NCBI GenBank assembly: GCA_044892505.1
Contig: CM097882.1
Location: 93,558,001 to 93,622,000, forward strand
DNA length: 64,000 nucleotides
Direction: 5' to 3'
From: Schmidtea nova
Taxonomy: Eukaryota
Positions 25,013 through 36,950 of the stretch are shown here, piece by piece. The notes below the pieces were generated by a model. It did not search any database. It saw nothing but the letters and a program-made list of their open reading frames with translations, and had not been told where the DNA came from. Every line of letters begins with the position of its first letter. Positions within the stretch are counted from its first letter, which is position 1. Both the position numbers and the translations under genes were made by a program.

Positions 25013-25593
25013 GAACCACCTGAATCTCAGTGGTCATCATTACGGTTACCAGATGAAATCGTCACCGATTATGTGGAGACACAACCATTTCGCGTATAAA
25101 TCGATGTCAAAGATCACAGAGAAGAAGATATCAGCCTCAATAATAAAGAATCTAACGTGGGAGCTTCAACTTCTCAGGCGGTAAAAACTCATCACGCAAG
25201 TTGGACAGACAAAGAAAGAAAGACGAGAAAAGCCTAGGAAAGACCAAATGAAAACTCCACCAATATAGCAATTAAACCAGGAAACTATTTAACAGGTTCA
25301 GATGAAAACCCTATCAGGAATAGCCAGAGATATCGACATAAGAGACAAAGGTGTACACATCCTAGAAAAATCTCTGACGTGGAAGAGATTAAAGTAGATC
25401 ATCGGAATATTAAAGCAAGAATGGAAGATTAATCAGATTAAAGGAATCCAAGTGGATAAAATGACACAGTTAATGGTGAAGACGATGAAGAGAATACCAA
25501 AAGGAGTACCTTAAAATGAGATACAGAGTATGATAGAAACATTAATACAAGATGAATTATCGAAAGGAAAAATATTGACAGCATTATCTATGT

Positions 25594-25796
25594 CAGCAGT
25601 TCCCAACCAAGGGGTCGCGACCCCAACGGGGGTCGCGTTACAGTTTGCCAGGGGTCGCCAAAACATAATTATCATAATATTTGGCTGCAAAAATGTTGTA
25701 ACTGAAGTGCAACCCTATTGATTTTATTGTTTGGGTCGCCACAAATTGGCAAATGTTATCATGGGGTCACAGCACCAGAAAGGTTGGGAACCGCTG
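25594..25796. mobile_element. hAT MITE (203 bp) inserted in the retroelement
   Basis: TIRs CAGC(A/G)GTTCCCAACC. Perfect 8-bp TSD ATCTATGT at 25586-25593 and 25797-25804. GGGGTCGC subterminal repeats. Confidence 0.93.
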
Positions 25797-25994
25797 ATCT
25801 ATGTTGTTTCAAGATGCATTAGCCCACGCAGGCAATGAAAAGAAACTTATAAATCGAGAAATAGACGAGATAATGGAGATAACGGAGATAACGGAGCATT
25901 ATCTCGGAACGTGGATGAACTAAAATAACTTTTGGGAAGAGGACAAACTTAACTCTCAAAAACCACGATATGAATTTATTGAAGATGAATAACA

Positions 25995-26781
25995 ATGAAT
26001 AACAACAACCCTGAAAACGGAGAAATGGGGAATATGAAAAATATGATGTTAATGTTTTTAGTAATGATCAGGATAATGGAACAGACAAATACAATGACAA
26101 CGTTTGATTGTAGTGATCAAAGGTTGGCTCAAATATATTCGTCCGTGAATGCAATTGAGTGCAAAGAGGCATATCCAGAGAAGGTCCAAACAGGAGAAGA
26201 GGTCGAATATTATGTTTATTAAGAGAGTGAATTCTTCAGAACCAAGATAAGAGAATGTAGAGTTCAAAGAGCGACATTTGAATATTATTACAGTTCACAC
26301 ATCGGCAACTTTGAAACCCATACCAGTCAACATAATGCCAGAAGACTGTTTGGATGCCTTTCGAAAAGGATCTTTAAAAATTGATAACAAGTTAACCATT
26401 GCCGTGGAAGTAGGCAAATCACTGGGTGTAACCATTAAGCGGGGAGGATCAATCTGATCAGATGGGGCATGTTCGGGAAGAAAGAAAACTCGCGGACCAG
26501 ATCTACTAAGTAATTTTTTAGATATCAATAAATATTCAATTGAATTTAGAGAATATTAAAGGACTTTCGTTGTAATATCAGGAAGATTAATAGCACATCC
26601 TCAGTGCCTTGCAAAATTTGGAAGCTGCTTGACAGTGGTCATTACATTATTATACGATCAAATAAGAGATCATTACGAATTGTCGTTACTAAAGGAAATT
26701 AGATTTCATAAGTTGAATGGGACAAAGTATCGAGACGCACCCAAAAGAGAAAGAATTTTGGATAAAAAAAAATACGTTTAA
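25995..26781 (+). pseudogene. Chuvirus-type glycoprotein (env-like), N-terminal part
   Basis: Signal-like hydrophobic stretch, then FDCS...ECKE...ECRVQRATFEYY...EDCLDAFRKG...GGSI*SDGACSG...QCLAKFGSC. Cys spacing is as in chuvirus G. Three stops and one frameshift. Confidence 0.65.
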
Positions 26782-26961
26782 AAGGATCAAAAAACAGTAA
26801 AAAGAGGGTATTAGTGAGGAAAACACAACTCTATTATAAGTATCAGAGGATAAAAAAGATGCTATCAGATTTGTATTTATATATATTTTAAAATCTATAA
26901 TCTTGTTGAGCTACGAGTAGCATTAATTTATAGCATAATTAGATCCCGTAAACTGAGATTT

Positions 26962-27816
26962 ATGCATTTCTTTTTAGCTAATATTGGCATATCAGTATAT
27001 CTGATAAAAACGTTAAGGTTTTTCTTTTTAGATATGAAGCATCCACTATCGCAATACAGGCAACAACACAGCACTATGGAAGTGCAGACCATACAAAAAG
27101 AGAAACTTATTTATTGCAATATCAAGAAAGCGATCTCTACAGAAACATGGAAAGGTCGTCGTTATTGGTACTACTGGCACTGCAGAGGCATCCCAAACAA
27201 TTTCAAGTTTCTTGGATCTCCCAAGAGACAAATGTGCATTGTCGCAATTACCAGCCGTGAGAACATCCTATTGACAGAACACATGCAGGAGTTCAATCGA
27301 TCGACATTTGTTCATCATCTTTGGATACATGTGATTAATAAACCCTTTACAATTTTCGTTGTAGGAGCCACAGGACCCATCCTACTTCAGCCAGAGTCTA
27401 CACTTGAAATTAGTAATGGAGATGGTAGAGAAAAGAACATCTCGATACAATGCAAAGGCTACAACATCATTGTAGTGTTAGAAATTTTTGAACCCAGCAA
27501 GGCTGCGCTAACACTATGGAAAAATGAACCTGTCTGGACATATAACGTGAATGAGAACGGCCTCAAATCGTTTAAGTCCATTGTCCGTATGAATTTACAC
27601 TCAAATCAAGAAGATAGATTATCCATATTCATGGCAGCTCATTACGCTACCTTACGAGATTGTATAAAACCAGCTTTAGTGGCTGTTTCTATCGCCAACT
27701 ACGGTGGTGATTTAATACTAAACACAGTGGTTACCCCTAGAAATCATGTCAAACATTACCAATCTCACGCTCATAGTATGACCGAAAGGAGATTATTGGA
27801 CAGTACGACAGAGTAG
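26962..27816 (+). CDS. Orphan 284-aa ORF, accessory position upstream of the PPT
   Basis: Uninterrupted 855-nt ORF with mixed amino-acid composition. No family recognised. Confidence 0.45.
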   Translation: MHFFLANIGISVYLIKTLRFFFLDMKHPLSQYRQQHSTMEVQTIQKEKLIYCNIKKAISTETWKGRRYWYYWHCRGIPNNFKFLGSPKRQMCIVAITSRENILLTEHMQEFNRSTFVHHLWIHVINKPFTIFVVGATGPILLQPESTLEISNGDGREKNISIQCKGYNIIVVLEIFEPSKAALTLWKNEPVWTYNVNENGLKSFKSIVRMNLHSNQEDRLSIFMAAHYATLRDCIKPALVAVSIANYGGDLILNTVVTPRNHVKHYQSHAHSMTERRLLDSTTE

Positions 27817-30210
27817 ATTGTGCTGACCGCATTAGAAAAATATGTGATGGAAAAATTCTAATCGGCTTGCAGGTAAACGAATTCTTGGAGGCAGTCCAGT
27901 TACCCACTCAGCCAGTTTTGGCCATTCGGAAATTAGGAGCAGCGAAATGCCTGGAATTGTCATGTATTGTCATTTTATTTTTATTGCTGCTAAATCTTCT
28001 TATCTTTTCCTCTTTAATTTTCGGGACGAAAATCTTGTTAGGGGAAGACATGTTAGGGTTTAAGATCGAATTTCTGTAGATTTATAATTAAAAATAGAAT
28101 ATAGAATTAATTAAATACTATAAATAGGATAAGGAGGTAATTAAATATATAAATAGTAATATTAAAATAATAATGTATTTTTCTGATTATTGCGTGGCTG
28201 CGTATTTGAGGTTGATTAACGTTGTTTTGCGAGGCGGTGTTGGCCGTTATTTCCGAGTTCGTACTTCACAAATAAGAACAACTATGTAACTGATTGCAAA
28301 ATCAGTCGAGAGTAACAAAAATTTTAAAAGTTAAAATTGATGAAATAAAATTGTTGAGTGGTAATATTTGCATAGAAAGTTTCGGAAGTAATTCAATTAT
28401 CAAGAAAAATATTGTTGTTGGAATTCAAATCAGTTGAGGATCTTAGTTTTAGATCGAAGTTTTAGAAGGGAAATATTTTAAGATAAGGTATCAGCCAATT
28501 TTTGGGTTGAAACCATCGCGGAAAATTTCGGGAAACCCACCATCTTATTACCAACCTTTTAGTCGGAGCTGTTGAGCCTTTAGGTCCAGCTTTCGCTGCT
28601 TAATTTTTTGAGAATGGTTTGAATAACCGATTTCTAATTTAGGTAAATCTTGTACAGCAACCGTGGTATTTTGAACATAATTTAAATTGTAAATTGTAAT
28701 ATAAATTGTAATATAAATAAATTTATTTCTAGAAACACTTGTTCTTCTTTACACGCAAAACATATATTTTATTTATAAAGGGATTATCGTTTGGAGTCCG
28801 ATAATCGATTAAATTATTATTGTTAAATTATTATTGTGTTCATTCGTAACCACTGATACGAACCGAGCAAATTGATTATTTTCCTTCCTCTATTTTATTA
28901 TTATACTTATTATTTTTTATTTATTTCACAATTTATTTTTCTATATTCATTTCTATTTTTGTTTTGATTTTTTTTCTTATATCTTTTTCTTTGATACTTT
29001 TTACTAATTATTCTATCTTTCTTTTCCTATTTGTTTCTGCTATCAGCCCAACAAAGGAAATAGTTTGACAAAAATTGCTTAAATAAAGAAAGGCAAGTTA
29101 ACAACAAATTGGCAATCGGAAGGCTTCCGAAATATATTCCTTTATGCAGTTTTCGTTTGACTTCAAATTCAACTTTGACCCATCCATAAGAATTCTTCTT
29201 TATCGATAGTGACCCTTGTTGAAAATACACTATTTAAGTGAAAATAATAAAAATGATTCTAGATTAATAGGGGATGTTGAAGGATTTTGTCAAATCAGAA
29301 CACCAATGACTCAGTAAAGCTCAAGCAATAATATTAATTAATTAAGAACATAATAATTAATAATTGTCAAGAAAACACTCCCTCTGTCTATGGTAAATAA
29401 CGAAACCCTTTCATTTGCATCATTCACGCAGAACGTTTTCTCTCTCTCTCTCCGAATGACGTATCGTATATGGGATTTGTTTGATCAAATGCAAATATCT
29501 CTGATATTTACTCTTTGATCATAGCCAGTAATCTACTTATACCTTTTGTTTTAAATCAAACGAAAAACTTTTTCTTTTCCATCACAATGACCTCACCATT
29601 CTTTTCATTATTTTATAATTAAATAAAGCGAAAAAATGAATAATCTTTTTAAATTTTTAAATTTTATCCTTTCATCCAAAATAAAAAATCATGTGATTTT
29701 GAATCTTGATTTGCAAGAATGGGTCTATTTTAAAAAGAAAGTTAAAATAAAAACAAAATTCGTCACAGAGAAAATCTGGTTTAAGATTATTAGTGTTAGC
29801 AACTTGGTCTTATCTTTCACATTTTAACACATTTTCATAGCAATCGCATGGCTGATAATAGCGGTAATGGTGGCAAAGATTGAATATCTAACGATAAGTG
29901 CCATATAAAGACCACGTATACTAAATTCTAGGCTTTCACTTGAGCTTAGTATTAAATCACTTTAATAACTTAGTTGACCAACATTGTCTGCATAATAAAT
30001 ATAGTCGGTCGGATATATGTGACTTACCTAAGCGACTTACCTATGTGACTTACGACTGATCGACTTTACGATAATAAAATCTGCATTATTATTTGAATTT
30101 TTTAAACCTGTGTTTTATTCTTCTGTAGTGCCATATATCACAGCCATGTATATATTGTAAAATCAAATGTCTGACTTAAATCTTTTAAAACAATAAACCC
30201 AAAATTATAT

Positions 30211-30458
30211 CTCCTCTGTTCCAAGAAAGCTGTCCATTTTTGGAAAAAAAATATTAAGCTTAAAAAAGAACCAATTAAACTGCATAAACAAATAAACTTA
30301 AAACCATTGTAAAATAGTTCATCACATCTTCGATCATCGTATAATTTATGTTATGTTATACATTATATGTGATACCTAGTAGAGATAATCTTTTTAGTTC
30401 GGACATTTTTTGAGCTAATTTTTTGCCAAATCAGACAGTTTTTTTGGAACAGAGAGAG
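30211..30458. mobile_element. Degenerate Tc1/mariner (Stowaway-like) MITE
   Basis: Ends CTCCTCTGTTCCAAGAAAGCTGTC and GACAGTTTTTTTGGAACAGAGAGAG are imperfect inverted repeats. No clean TSD. Confidence 0.45.
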
Positions 30459-31759
30459 CCTTTTGATAGATTAAAGAAATTATATTAACCTTCAATTTGT
30501 GCATAGTAAATTTTCCATGGTCTGTGCAAAGGGGTCAATCTTGCTCCGTATATATTTTCATATATTTTGTAAGAATTTATAATATTTTTTCGATATCCGT
30601 TTTAGTAATGCGTGTATAATACCATAGTTGACGCAATTCTACTTGCCTGGCATATTTATTTAGTGTATAACTTATTGAGTCACATATTACAATGACTAGG
30701 GTGCAGGGGACCCCAAATGCACAAACTGAAGGTTTAATACAATACTGTTTAAAAACTAAAAGTCATACAAATTAATTAGCAAGTATTTATGCAAATATTT
30801 ATGCAATGTATTAAAGTAATTGTAAGGTGTTTTCAGCTGAGAATTAAATATTTTGTTAAAATAGTTTAAGATAAATTGAAATTGTAAAAATTATATTGTT
30901 AAAATCCTAAATAAGTTTTTATATTAAGTAATTGTAAAATATTAAAATTTAAGAGTTTTTTAAAATTTAAATATGTAATTTTATAATGGAAAGTAGTAAA
31001 TTTAAAAATATATATTTATAATTTTAAATGGAGAATTAAATGGAAATTAATAATTACTAAATTCTTTTGAAAATTTAATTTGAAAAAATATATGTTTCAC
31101 CGCAAAAGTTAAAAAAATTGTATAAAAATTCAATAATATTGTGATAATAATAAATTTTTGGAATAATAATTTTTTGAATTATGACATCCAATGAATCGAA
31201 TCTAGAAGATCTTATAGTAACATCGATTTAGTAACGGTAATATAAAATAAGGGTTGTTTGTTTGGGATTGCCAAACAAGATACAATATCCCAGTTAATAA
31301 ATATTTCACGCGACCTAGAATGACTGAGGTAACTATCATCTTTGTTTCTGCACGTTTAGTGAATTTTGTACGAATTTGACTGGTTTGTGGCGGTAATTTT
31401 CCATTAGGAACTTGAGTAATCATATTGGCGTTGTTTCTATTCATAATTTTCTTTGCAAATACAATTTCGAAAATGATTAAATCCAATTTAAAAACAATTT
31501 AAAATCAATTTATTTTCTTTCTATAAATTCATTTCTAAATAAACTACAAATTTAGACAAACATTAATTAAAGTTTTTTTTTATAATAAGTATTTTCCTTT
31601 TTATATTTCTTTTTTTGTTGTTTGTTTTTTAATTAAATTGATTTTTTTATTCTAATTTAGATTATTGTTGTTTCTTAGGAAATTAGCTCAAAATTTAAAG
31701 TCATTTCCTAAGTTAATAAAACACATGAAAGTCAGGCGGTGCAAACTGATCAAATCCTC

Positions 31760-34700
31760 AAGATTCCATCCTCCTTGACTCCGTCAACATTCGTACGTTT
31801 TTCTTCGAGTGGAAATATTTTCGAAATTGGTCTGCAATTTTCCTTTCCATTCACTTGAATTTTTACTCCTTGAACTTTACCATCCTGTTCACAGATAATT
31901 TCATTTACTCGAGCTAGTGGTCATTTTCCATAATAATCAGTTTTTTCTAGCAACCTAACCAGATCTTCAACGTTAAGGTCATCTTATTCTTTCCCCCATT
32001 TTTTCTAGCTCTCCGATTCGGAACGAGTTCTTTCTTCCAACTTTCCCAAAAATGTTCAGCTATTTCAAAAAATCTTTTCCACTTTTTTATACCAAAAACG
32101 ATTTATTGGATTCAATGTTTCGTCGCTATTCATTCCTGTACAATTTACTAACAAAATATTATTTGGTGTCAAAATCATATATGAACATTGAATTGTCAAT
32201 GGACGGGCATTCAAAATACTTTCTATTTTTATGAGGACACTATTAAGCTCTTCATCTGAAAGATCAGCATTTCCAACTATAACTAGTAGAGCTTTCTTTG
32301 CCGATTTTATTAAAGACTCAAATATTCCTTCAAAGTGGGTCGCAGATGGCGGATTGAAAATCCACCTTCTTTGATTTTCTACCATGAGCTTATTCATTTT
32401 GTAGGTATGCAATTCAATTTCTTGAAGCTCATTTGCATCACCTACGAATTTAGTACCATTATCTGAAAGTATCATTAATGGTTTTCCTCGCCTTTCCATG
32501 AAACGAATGACGGCTCGGATGAATGCGTCCGTATCTAAACCATAAGCTACTTCTAAGTGTAAACAAGCACAGTTGTCCTTTTGCTTTGACTTTCCTCTTC
32601 CCTGAACCATTTCAAACGGTCCAGCAAAATCAACAGCTATTCTAGCAAATGCTTGCAAAGATTTTTGAAATATGAATGATGGCTACGGAGTCATAATTTG
32701 ATCCATCCCCTTCGCCTTTCGACTTCTAGATTCAAAACATCCCTTAAAGCATTATTTTATTAGTTGACTGGCACAAACAACCCAATATTCTTGATTCAGG
32801 TTACTCAATGTGTGGTTTACACGAGCATAATGATTTCTTTTCTGGTGCAGATACTTTATTATCAACTTTGCAGTCCAACTCTATTTACTTAATAAAATTG
32901 GATACTTTGTCTTCTCATCTAAAGATTCAGCGTTCACAATTCTGCTATTGCTCCCTACAATTCCATCATTATCAATAATCGAACTCAACTCGACAAATTT
33001 ACTTTTTCATCAATTTGTCTTTCTTCATTCAATTTATTTACTTCCTGCGCCATATATTTTGATTGATCAATTCTAATAATCCTTCTTTCCACTTCTTCAA
33101 TTTCTTCTGATATTAATTCTCTTAAATTTCTATTTTCTTTTAATTTCGATTTACAATTCTCTGAAAATCTTAGCACCCATGCATAAACTCTTATTAATCT
33201 CATCCAATCTGAATTGGTTTCAGGTGTTAAACAATCAACGTGTAATCTCAAAGTTTGTGCTTTTAGCACACTTTCGCTCGTCATCATCACAGCATTTCTC
33301 TCTTCTTTACTTTCTACCATAATGCCTTTAAGCTCAGTTTTTGGCCATTCTTCTTCTTTTGAAATTAGGAATCTTGGTCCACATATCCATTCTCTTCTTT
33401 CTTGCAACTCTTACTGTTACTCCCCTCGATATCATAGCTGCAAGATTTTCTTTAGTCGGTACGTATCTCCACTGGATAGCTAAAGTTTCCTCATGAATGA
33501 TACCAACTATATTTGCTACAAATCGTTTGAAAATTCTCGCTCGTTGTTTTATCCAATACAAGACATTTTGAATATCCGTCCAAAATGTAACCTTGATATT
33601 ATAGCCAATAGGTTTCACTGTCTTCTTTGCGAACTTTAAACCTAGACAAGCTCCTAGTAATTCTAATCTTGGTATATTTATGGTTTTTACATGAAATACT
33701 TTTGATTTCGTTGCCATGAACTTGACTTCAACATTTTCTTTATTTTGTTCTCTTAGATATGCTACTGCTCCGTATGCCTTTTCAGAAGTATCGGAGAATA
33801 AACGAATATTCCACTTATTATAGGAGCAACTAATCAGACATCTTGGTATTTTCAATTCATTTAAGTGTTCTGCTTCTTTGAACCAAATTCTAACATTCAG
33901 TTCAATTTTTGGTTGCAATGAATCATCCCAATCTATTCCGCACCTTAAAAATTCTTGCATGCAAATCTTTCCTCTGATTACAAATGCACTTAAAAAACCT
34001 AATGGGTCAAATATTCTTGCTATCCAACTTAATAGTGATATTTTCGTTAAAGTTTCAAATTTAAAGGTCTTTACTGAGAATTCAAAATTATCTAGATTAG
34101 CTATACACTTTAGACCTAAAGTTTTCATAGTTATACTTCCATCTTCTTCGATTTCTAATTTGATTGTTCTACTTTCTTTCGGAACGTTCTCCAATACCCT
34201 AGTTGAGTTCGACATCCATTTGTGTGTTTTCATTCCCGCACTACTCCAAATAATTTATAATTGCTCCTTTAATAAGAAAGCTTCTTCTTCTGTATCAACT
34301 GAATCCAAACTGACGTCCATATAAGTTGATTTTACGACAGTTTCAGCTGCTCTTGGATAATTTTGCTCTAATTTCTTTGCATTTTCTTGCGATACAAATC
34401 GAGCAAGATATGGTGATGTGTTTAGACCAAACACTAATCGATTTAACTCATCTGTTTTTATTTCATTACCTTTTGCCCATAAAAACCTTAAATAATTTTT
34501 GTCTTTTTCAATTATTTCTATTTGTAAAAACATTTCTACAATCTCACAAACTATGGCGACTTTATTTTTTCTAAATCGAACTAAAATATCGAACAATTGA
34601 TTTTGTAATTTAGGGCCAACCTCGATATTGTCGTTCAAACATCTCCCATCAACTCTCGACGCTGCGCCAAAAACTACTCTTATTTTGGTAGTCTCCCTTT

Positions 34701-36110
34701 TCCTCTTTATTACAGGGAAATGAGGTAACAAACATCCCTTTACTTTTTCTTCATCTTTACTAATCTCTCTGATATACCCTTTTCTTTCATGTTCATCAAT
34801 TAATTTTGTATACTCTCTCTTCAATATCATCTTTTTTCGTCTTGAAGAAACGTCATCGGTTCTTCCCCCTACAACCTTGATAGGAATTCTAACTTCATCA
34901 CCTCTAAGATCTTACTCGACCGCCACATGTTCGCTTATAAAACTAGTTGTGCTTGCGTCATCATGTAAAGCATTAACAATTGTATATTATTGTTTTTTAA
35001 AATTACTGGGACGGTACGAAGACTGACCCATCTTCTTCCTGTTGATAATTTTTCTTGGTCGATTCCCATCATGACATTTTCTTCAAACGTATTTTGTTAA
35101 AGAGGGCGGTGTTACCAATAATTGTGCTTGCCTTCACAGTTCTCAAGTCTAAACATTTTTCCCTTGAACATTCATTTACTAAATGAACTATCCCGAAGCA
35201 ATTTAAACAGAGTTTGTATTCCTTGAATTTTCTAAATCTATCTCCTACATTCATCTTTCAGAATACAGGACATTGATTTAGGAAATGCCTCTCTTTGCAC
35301 AACTGACATTTTTGATATTTTAATTCATCTTCACCTACTTTTGGATCTTGGACTTAAAAAAATTACGTTGGTAGGTATATTTTTCAATTTTGTTTGAACT
35401 ATTTTTTTTCAATCCCTTCTTTTTCACTGGTTGGTTCAAAGTGGCGTGAGACATAACAGGTTGATTCCGATATTCTTTATAGTTGGTTAGTTTCTTGTCT
35501 TGATTTGTTTTACCTAATTCCATTGTTCCTTTTATCTCAATTATCTGCTTTGTTCGATGTAACTTCTCTCGTTACAAACTATGTAAGATTTTAATTGGTT
35601 TATTTGAATCACCTTTCTTACCACTGAAAGTTAACAACCATTCATCCAGTACAGATGGGGTCACTTTTTACAACAATTTTTCAAATATAAAACTTGCTCC
35701 TAGTTCGTTTTCTCTTCCCATGTCTTCTAATCGTATAATGAGCTTTCCGATGAGACTAGCGAGATTCACAAGATCTCTTATTTGCGCTTCTCTAATCAGT
35801 CGAAATGTTTCTAATTCATGTAAGAAGTTTCTATATAATCTTTCTTCTCCACCGTAATTTAATTCTAGCCTATTTAATGCCGCATATTCTAAGTTCTCAA
35901 TCAATTTCAGTGGTTCTCCAATAAGATGTTGCAACTTGTCTTCTTTTTGAACCAAGTGCTTTATCTATTCGAAAGTCAAAACAAGCTTTCCAAGAATCCG
36001 TTGAAGGATCAGTTCCTCTTGAACATTTTTAGATTTTTTATAATTTTTAATAGTTTTGGTATTTTTAAATTTGATATCCTGGGTTCCATAGCAGGATATC
36101 AAAATAATTT
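31760..36110 (-). pseudogene. BEL/Pao gag-pol remnant (DUF1759-like gag, Zn knuckles, protease, RT, RNase H, integrase, DUF5641-like tail)
   Basis: CLNCFGIVH, ALHDDASTTSFIS, LPHFPVIK..TTKIRVVFGA, LVFGLNTSPYLA, STYMDV, FSDTSEKAYGAVAY, IPRLELLG, FWTD, AVDFAGPF, ILSDNGTKF, LNARPL and RPISKIFPLE in order. Many lesions. Confidence 0.95.
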
Positions 36111-36119
36111 TACCATTTT

Positions 36120-36950
36120 ATTTATTCATTATGACGGATTTGATCAGTTTGCATCCCCCAGATCCCCACATGATAATAATAAATAACAACAACAAATTTA
36201 ATCTGGTTATTTTTGTCGATCCATCCTGTGATCTCGGTGAACCCATCAGAAGTTTGGATTGGCTAAGAAAAGTTACAGAACTTTGCAATTTCGATATACC
36301 AAAGGCTAACCAACTTCGGTTGTTATCATAGATTGCCAAAACAAGCCGTTGAAGACTACCACCGGTTTGTGACAGCAATTTCTCACAAAAATAGGAATAA
36401 CACGAATCCGTAATGAAAATTGTATCGACATCCGAAATGATATTCTTTCACGATTCCAATGATGACGATTTCTCAACTTGGATAATAAATCAGATTCACT
36501 CACAATTTTGCCATCGACTTTCTGGAGAATTTCATTGAATTTCGTATAGAATTCCAATCCATTGATTGGTTGAGTGGCAATTGACACGAAATGACTGATT
36601 CGATGAGCAGCATTATGAAATCGATCTGACATTATCTCCTTCATCAATCCAACAATTGTCGAGGGGTTTCCATTTATTCTTGACATGAGATTCTGCAACG
36701 CAGTTGCTGGACCGACTTCCAGATTGAGATTGCGAAACAGTTTACAGAGATCGGAAATTGTCTGATCGAGTGATCGATTGACATGAGAGCATTTGAAAAA
36801 GTGTGGATAAATATTCAATTCCTCACGAGTGTTGAAAAATGTAACAAGATAGGAATAGATGCTAGAGCCCCAACTCGATGTGGAACTATTCTGAATCGGT
36901 TCTGATTTTGGGATAATTTTGTAAGAGGCTTTTGATTTGGTTTGTTGATT
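36120..36950 (-). pseudogene. Second, non-BEL gag-like helical ORF directly after the iMet PBS
   Basis: ORF 36818-36306 includes RISHFVSIATQPINGLEFYTKFNEILQKV, which resembles a retrotransposon capsid. It continues into 36378-36118 by frameshift. Confidence 0.4.

Larger units (their letters stand above)
24213..28270 (+). mobile_element. Decayed LTR-retroelement segment: LTR-like 24213-24679, PBS-like, UBL plus helical gag-like region, env-like gene, orphan ORF, PPT and LTR 28051-28270; no pol
   Basis: TG...CA-bounded block followed by TGGCATAGTAGG (10/12 to the tRNA-Ser PBS). Gypsy-like 3' end GGGACGAAAATCTTGTTAGGGGAAGACA|TGTTAGGG...CTTCACA. The two LTR-like blocks do not match each other. 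Confidence 0.6.

Noticed and set aside
29027-29230. Possible Cys-loop receptor-like exon (VKVEFEVKRK...LLLTCLSLF)
   Set aside because: Weak similarity, no convincing splice pair and no neighbouring exons.
30638-30655. U1 snRNA 5'-like CTACTTGCCTGGCA
   Set aside because: Short imperfect match with no downstream U1 sequence.
31170-31550. GPCR TM5-TM7-like reading of ORFs 31486-31202 and 37248-37054
   Set aside because: The duplicated segment ends in ...CCCAAACA followed by a 17/18 iMet PBS, so it is an LTR. The hydrophobic ORFs are most likely incidental.
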